Origin: Fibrobacteria bacterium
Lineage (GTDB): Bacteria; Fibrobacterota; Fibrobacteria; UBA11236
Assembly (NCBI GenBank): GCA_041746255.1
Contig: JBGTHM010000106.1
Location: 1 to 34,571 of the forward strand
Reading direction: 5' to 3'
DNA: 34,571 nt
The position numbers were made by a program, and so were the translations under genes. A model generated the notes under the pieces. It saw nothing but the letters and a program-made list of their open reading frames with translations. It was not told where the DNA came from and ran no database searches. This document shows positions 29,244 to 34,571 of this stretch, one piece after another (the stretch's first letter is position 1; each line of letters begins with the position of its first letter).

Positions 29244-29424
29244 CCAAGGCGCCTGGAGAGGGGTCGCTTCCATTTGCCGCCGATGATGGACGAGGAAATA
29301 CAGGCATCAGCCTGTTCCCTGAACTCCCGCGACATGCACCTTATACTGGAGGGAGTCGATTTGCAGCAGGTTCGCGGAAATAAGCGGTACCGATTACCGG
29401 CCGGAGCCTGAATAATGGTAAAAA
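29244..29424 (+). mobile_element. Second IS66 remnant (longer tnpB C-terminal fragment), containing direct repeat copy 2 (29304-29424)
   Basis: RRLERGRFHLPP...SLNSRDMHLILEGVDLQQVRGNKRYRLPAGA* (stop 29409-29411). KRLE.GRF is the IS66 TnpB signature. Confidence 0.85.
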
Positions 29425-29659
29425 TGATTGGCGACAATTAAAATTCCAGGTCGTGTTGATATCTAAATCAACTGGCGGCCCAAAAGCCTAAGCTTATCTG
29501 AGCTCTAATCTTCACTTCCGAGGTACTTTGACTGGCCGTAAAAAGGGGTGGCTGCACCTGTGTATAGTGAACTTAGGGTCAGTTGGTATATTTCTCCCAC
29601 GCCCTTTCGCAAATTATCCAGAGGGGCTGCACCAAGACCTTGTTAAAAAGGAAAAAACC

Positions 29660-30682
29660 GTGCCCAAAGCCGTTCTCCTCATCAATCTGGGCACTCCCGA
29701 CAGCCACAGTTCGGGCGCTGTAAGAGCCTACCTGCGCCAATTTTTAAGCGATCCTCGAGTTATCGATATTCCGGCACTATTTCGCTGGCTGCTGCTGAAT
29801 TTGGTCATTCTTCCTTTCCGGCCCGCAAAATCCGCCGCTGCCTACTCCAAAATCTGGACCCCGGAAGGCTCGCCTCTTTTAACTAATACGAAGCGCTTCA
29901 CTCGTAAATTATCCGAGCGAATAGGGGAAGGCGTTATTGTCGATTTCGCCATGCGATACGGAAATCCTTCCATCGAATCGGTCGTGAACAAAATGCTGTC
30001 GGAGCCTGTGGAAGAATTGATCATTCTTCCCCTATACCCTCAATATTCGTCCTCCGCAACGGCTTCTTCGGTGGAAGAGGTTTTCAACATCTTGAAGAAG
30101 AGAGCCAACATTCCTCCCATAAAGGTTCTTGGCGCTTTTTATTGTGATGCCGGATACGTTAATGCCGTTGCGGAAACCGCCAGACAATTGATATCCGGGC
30201 AGAGTTGGGATTGTTTCCTTTTCAGTTATCACGGACTTCCCGAGAGGCATGTGGTGAAAAGCGAGGGGCGTCCCGGCTTTTGTCTCGCCGAGAACGATAC
30301 CTGCTGCGCAGCACCTTGCGCGGCCAATCAATACTGTTACCGGGCCCAATGTTTCGCGACTACTCGTAGAGTGGCAAGCGCATTAGGCCTACCCATGGAT
30401 AAATGCAAGACCTCCTTCCAGTCGCGCCTTGGGCGCACGCCATGGATTAAACCGTTCACGGACGAACTTTTCCAACAGCTCCCGCAGCAGGGAATCAAGA
30501 ATCTGCTGGTATTTTCACCATCTTTTGTAGCGGATTGCCTGGAAACCCTGGAGGAAATCGCCATGCGAGGAAGTGAAACTTTCATAGCTGCGGGAGGTGA
30601 AAAGCTGGAGTTGGTTCCTTCCCTGAATTCCACAGAGTCCTGGGTGGATGCCGTTGCAGCCATGGTGCAAAACCATCTCTAG
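29660..30682 (+). CDS. hemH: Ferrochelatase with an internal Cys-rich insert
   Basis: Motifs LLINLGTP, YLRQFLSDPRVID, AMRYGNPS, PLYPQYS, FSYHGLP, FQSRLG..PWIKP and FVADCLETLEEI. GTG start at 29660 after AAAGGA. Confidence 0.95.
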   Translation: MPKAVLLINLGTPDSHSSGAVRAYLRQFLSDPRVIDIPALFRWLLLNLVILPFRPAKSAAAYSKIWTPEGSPLLTNTKRFTRKLSERIGEGVIVDFAMRYGNPSIESVVNKMLSEPVEELIILPLYPQYSSSATASSVEEVFNILKKRANIPPIKVLGAFYCDAGYVNAVAETARQLISGQSWDCFLFSYHGLPERHVVKSEGRPGFCLAENDTCCAAPCAANQYCYRAQCFATTRRVASALGLPMDKCKTSFQSRLGRTPWIKPFTDELFQQLPQQGIKNLLVFSPSFVADCLETLEEIAMRGSETFIAAGGEKLELVPSLNSTESWVDAVAAMVQNHL

Positions 30683-30942
30683 CAGGTGTGAGGCGTTCTG
30701 GGTGGGTAAGGTCGAATAAACCGATTTATGCCCCATTCTTACCTAAAACAAATGAAAACAACGGGTTATCTGAAAAATAATGGCCCTTAACCCTTGGAGA
30801 AAATGAGGACGAGAGCTAACTTAGCGCCGGTCGGCAGGTGAACCTTTTAAAACTTGAGTTTCTTAGGGAATTTGAGTAAAAATACGGGTTTTCGCTCAGG
30901 ACAGGTTATTCAAGTCGGGCCAAATATCAATCGGTCCGCCCC

Positions 30943-30971
30943 TTGTAAAAGGATGGCTCTTGAATTAACTT
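30943..30971 (+). promoter_or_regulatory. Candidate rrn P1 promoter
   Basis: TTGTAA-17 nt-TAACTT followed by a GC-rich discriminator-like ATCTGCCCC. Confidence 0.5.
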
Positions 30972-31030
30972 ATCTGCCCCTTCCGAAAAGAAGGGCGGCA
31001 CGGTAAAGGAGAAATAAAACTCCAATACCA

Positions 31031-31059
31031 TTGACACTGATTCGAAATCAGTGTAGTTT
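31031..31059 (+). promoter_or_regulatory. rrn promoter (P2-like)
   Basis: Perfect TTGACA-17 nt-TAGTTT, preceded by TG, with an A-rich upstream tract and followed by ATCGGCCCCC. Confidence 0.8.
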
Positions 31060-31082
31060 TATCGGCCCCCAAAAGTGGGGCG

Positions 31083-31114
31083 CTTTGACTCTCCGCAGTC
31101 AAAGGGTTCTTTGA
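31083..31114 (+). promoter_or_regulatory. rrn leader antitermination boxB hairpin and boxA-like site
   Basis: CTTTGACT/AGTCAAAG hairpin followed by GTTCTTTGA. A second boxA-like GCTCTTTGACA lies at about 32988 in the spacer. Confidence 0.55.
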
Positions 31115-31256
31115 GAGAAATCAGGAGCAAATTAGACGTGCAGAACGGGCACGAAACAGCCGGGTAAAACCGGAAGTTTTGGAGTGCCCCGTCGAGAATC
31201 CGAAGTAACTAAATGATCCGAGAGGATTGTCAGGTTCTTCAAACATTTCTTCATAA

Positions 31257-32790
<1,534 letters not shown>

Positions 32791-33204
32791 AGTATAGTCA
32801 AGCGGATGGAACGGGAAACCGGGAAGTCCGTCGATGCGATGTCCATCGTGACATCGTAGGTTGACACAGGGGCCTCAAGTCTGTTCTCTACGTCGTTTGC
32901 TCCTCATTACTTTCTTTGAACTGGCCGTTCCCAAAAGGAGCAGCCTGATTTTCAAGAAAAATCGGAAAGGTCCATTGAGACCTATCCGCTCTTTGACATG
33001 ATGAATGAAATGAAAAACAAGCAGAGCAGAATCATCTGTTTTTGATGGGAGTAATTCCATTGAAAGTAATGAATCTGCCCTACTCGAGCTTGTGCGGCTT
33101 CTAGGGCCAATCGGTAACGTGAAGGTTCCCGGTTGGGATAGAAGCGGCGTGAGACAGTCGTGGCTTGGAGGAAAAAGATTTAAAACTCTTTTTTTCCAAG
33201 ACAT

Positions 33205-34571
<1,367 letters not shown>

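Noticed and set aside
28962..29307. Two short minus-strand ORFs between the kinase and the IS fragment
   Set aside because: They could be the tail of an IS-truncated gene, but no family is recognisable and one overlaps tnpB antisense.

Overview
Bacterial chromosomal window, probably Fibrobacterota (inferred from the fibro-slime surface protein; the 16S was not classified). The left and middle parts are mostly housekeeping: a fibro-slime/PA14 surface protein, HrpA helicase, a 3D-domain lipoprotein, a UMF1-type MFS transporter, small stress proteins, a PPi-dependent PEP carboxykinase, an MBL hydrolase, an SDR epimerase, RarD, thiG and rpmE-DUF1385-prfA-prmC. Between prmC and hemH lies a ~6.5 kb accessory segment. 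It holds an AT-rich lipoprotein with an I9-propeptide-like domain, a heavily deleted IS66 relic, and a translationally coupled kaiC-kaiB-PAS hybrid histidine kinase operon with no kaiA. A second IS66 tnpB fragment follows, giving 121-bp direct repeats on either side of the kai operon, which suggests a decayed composite transposon. The KaiC has a C-terminal coiled-coil tail and reads Phe-Ser instead of Ser-Ser/Ser-Thr at the autophosphorylation dyad. The window ends with a ferrochelatase carrying a Cys-rich insert and an rRNA operon (tandem promoters, 16S, tRNA-less spacer, 5' part of 23S). All family assignments come from motif recognition by eye; no searches were run.
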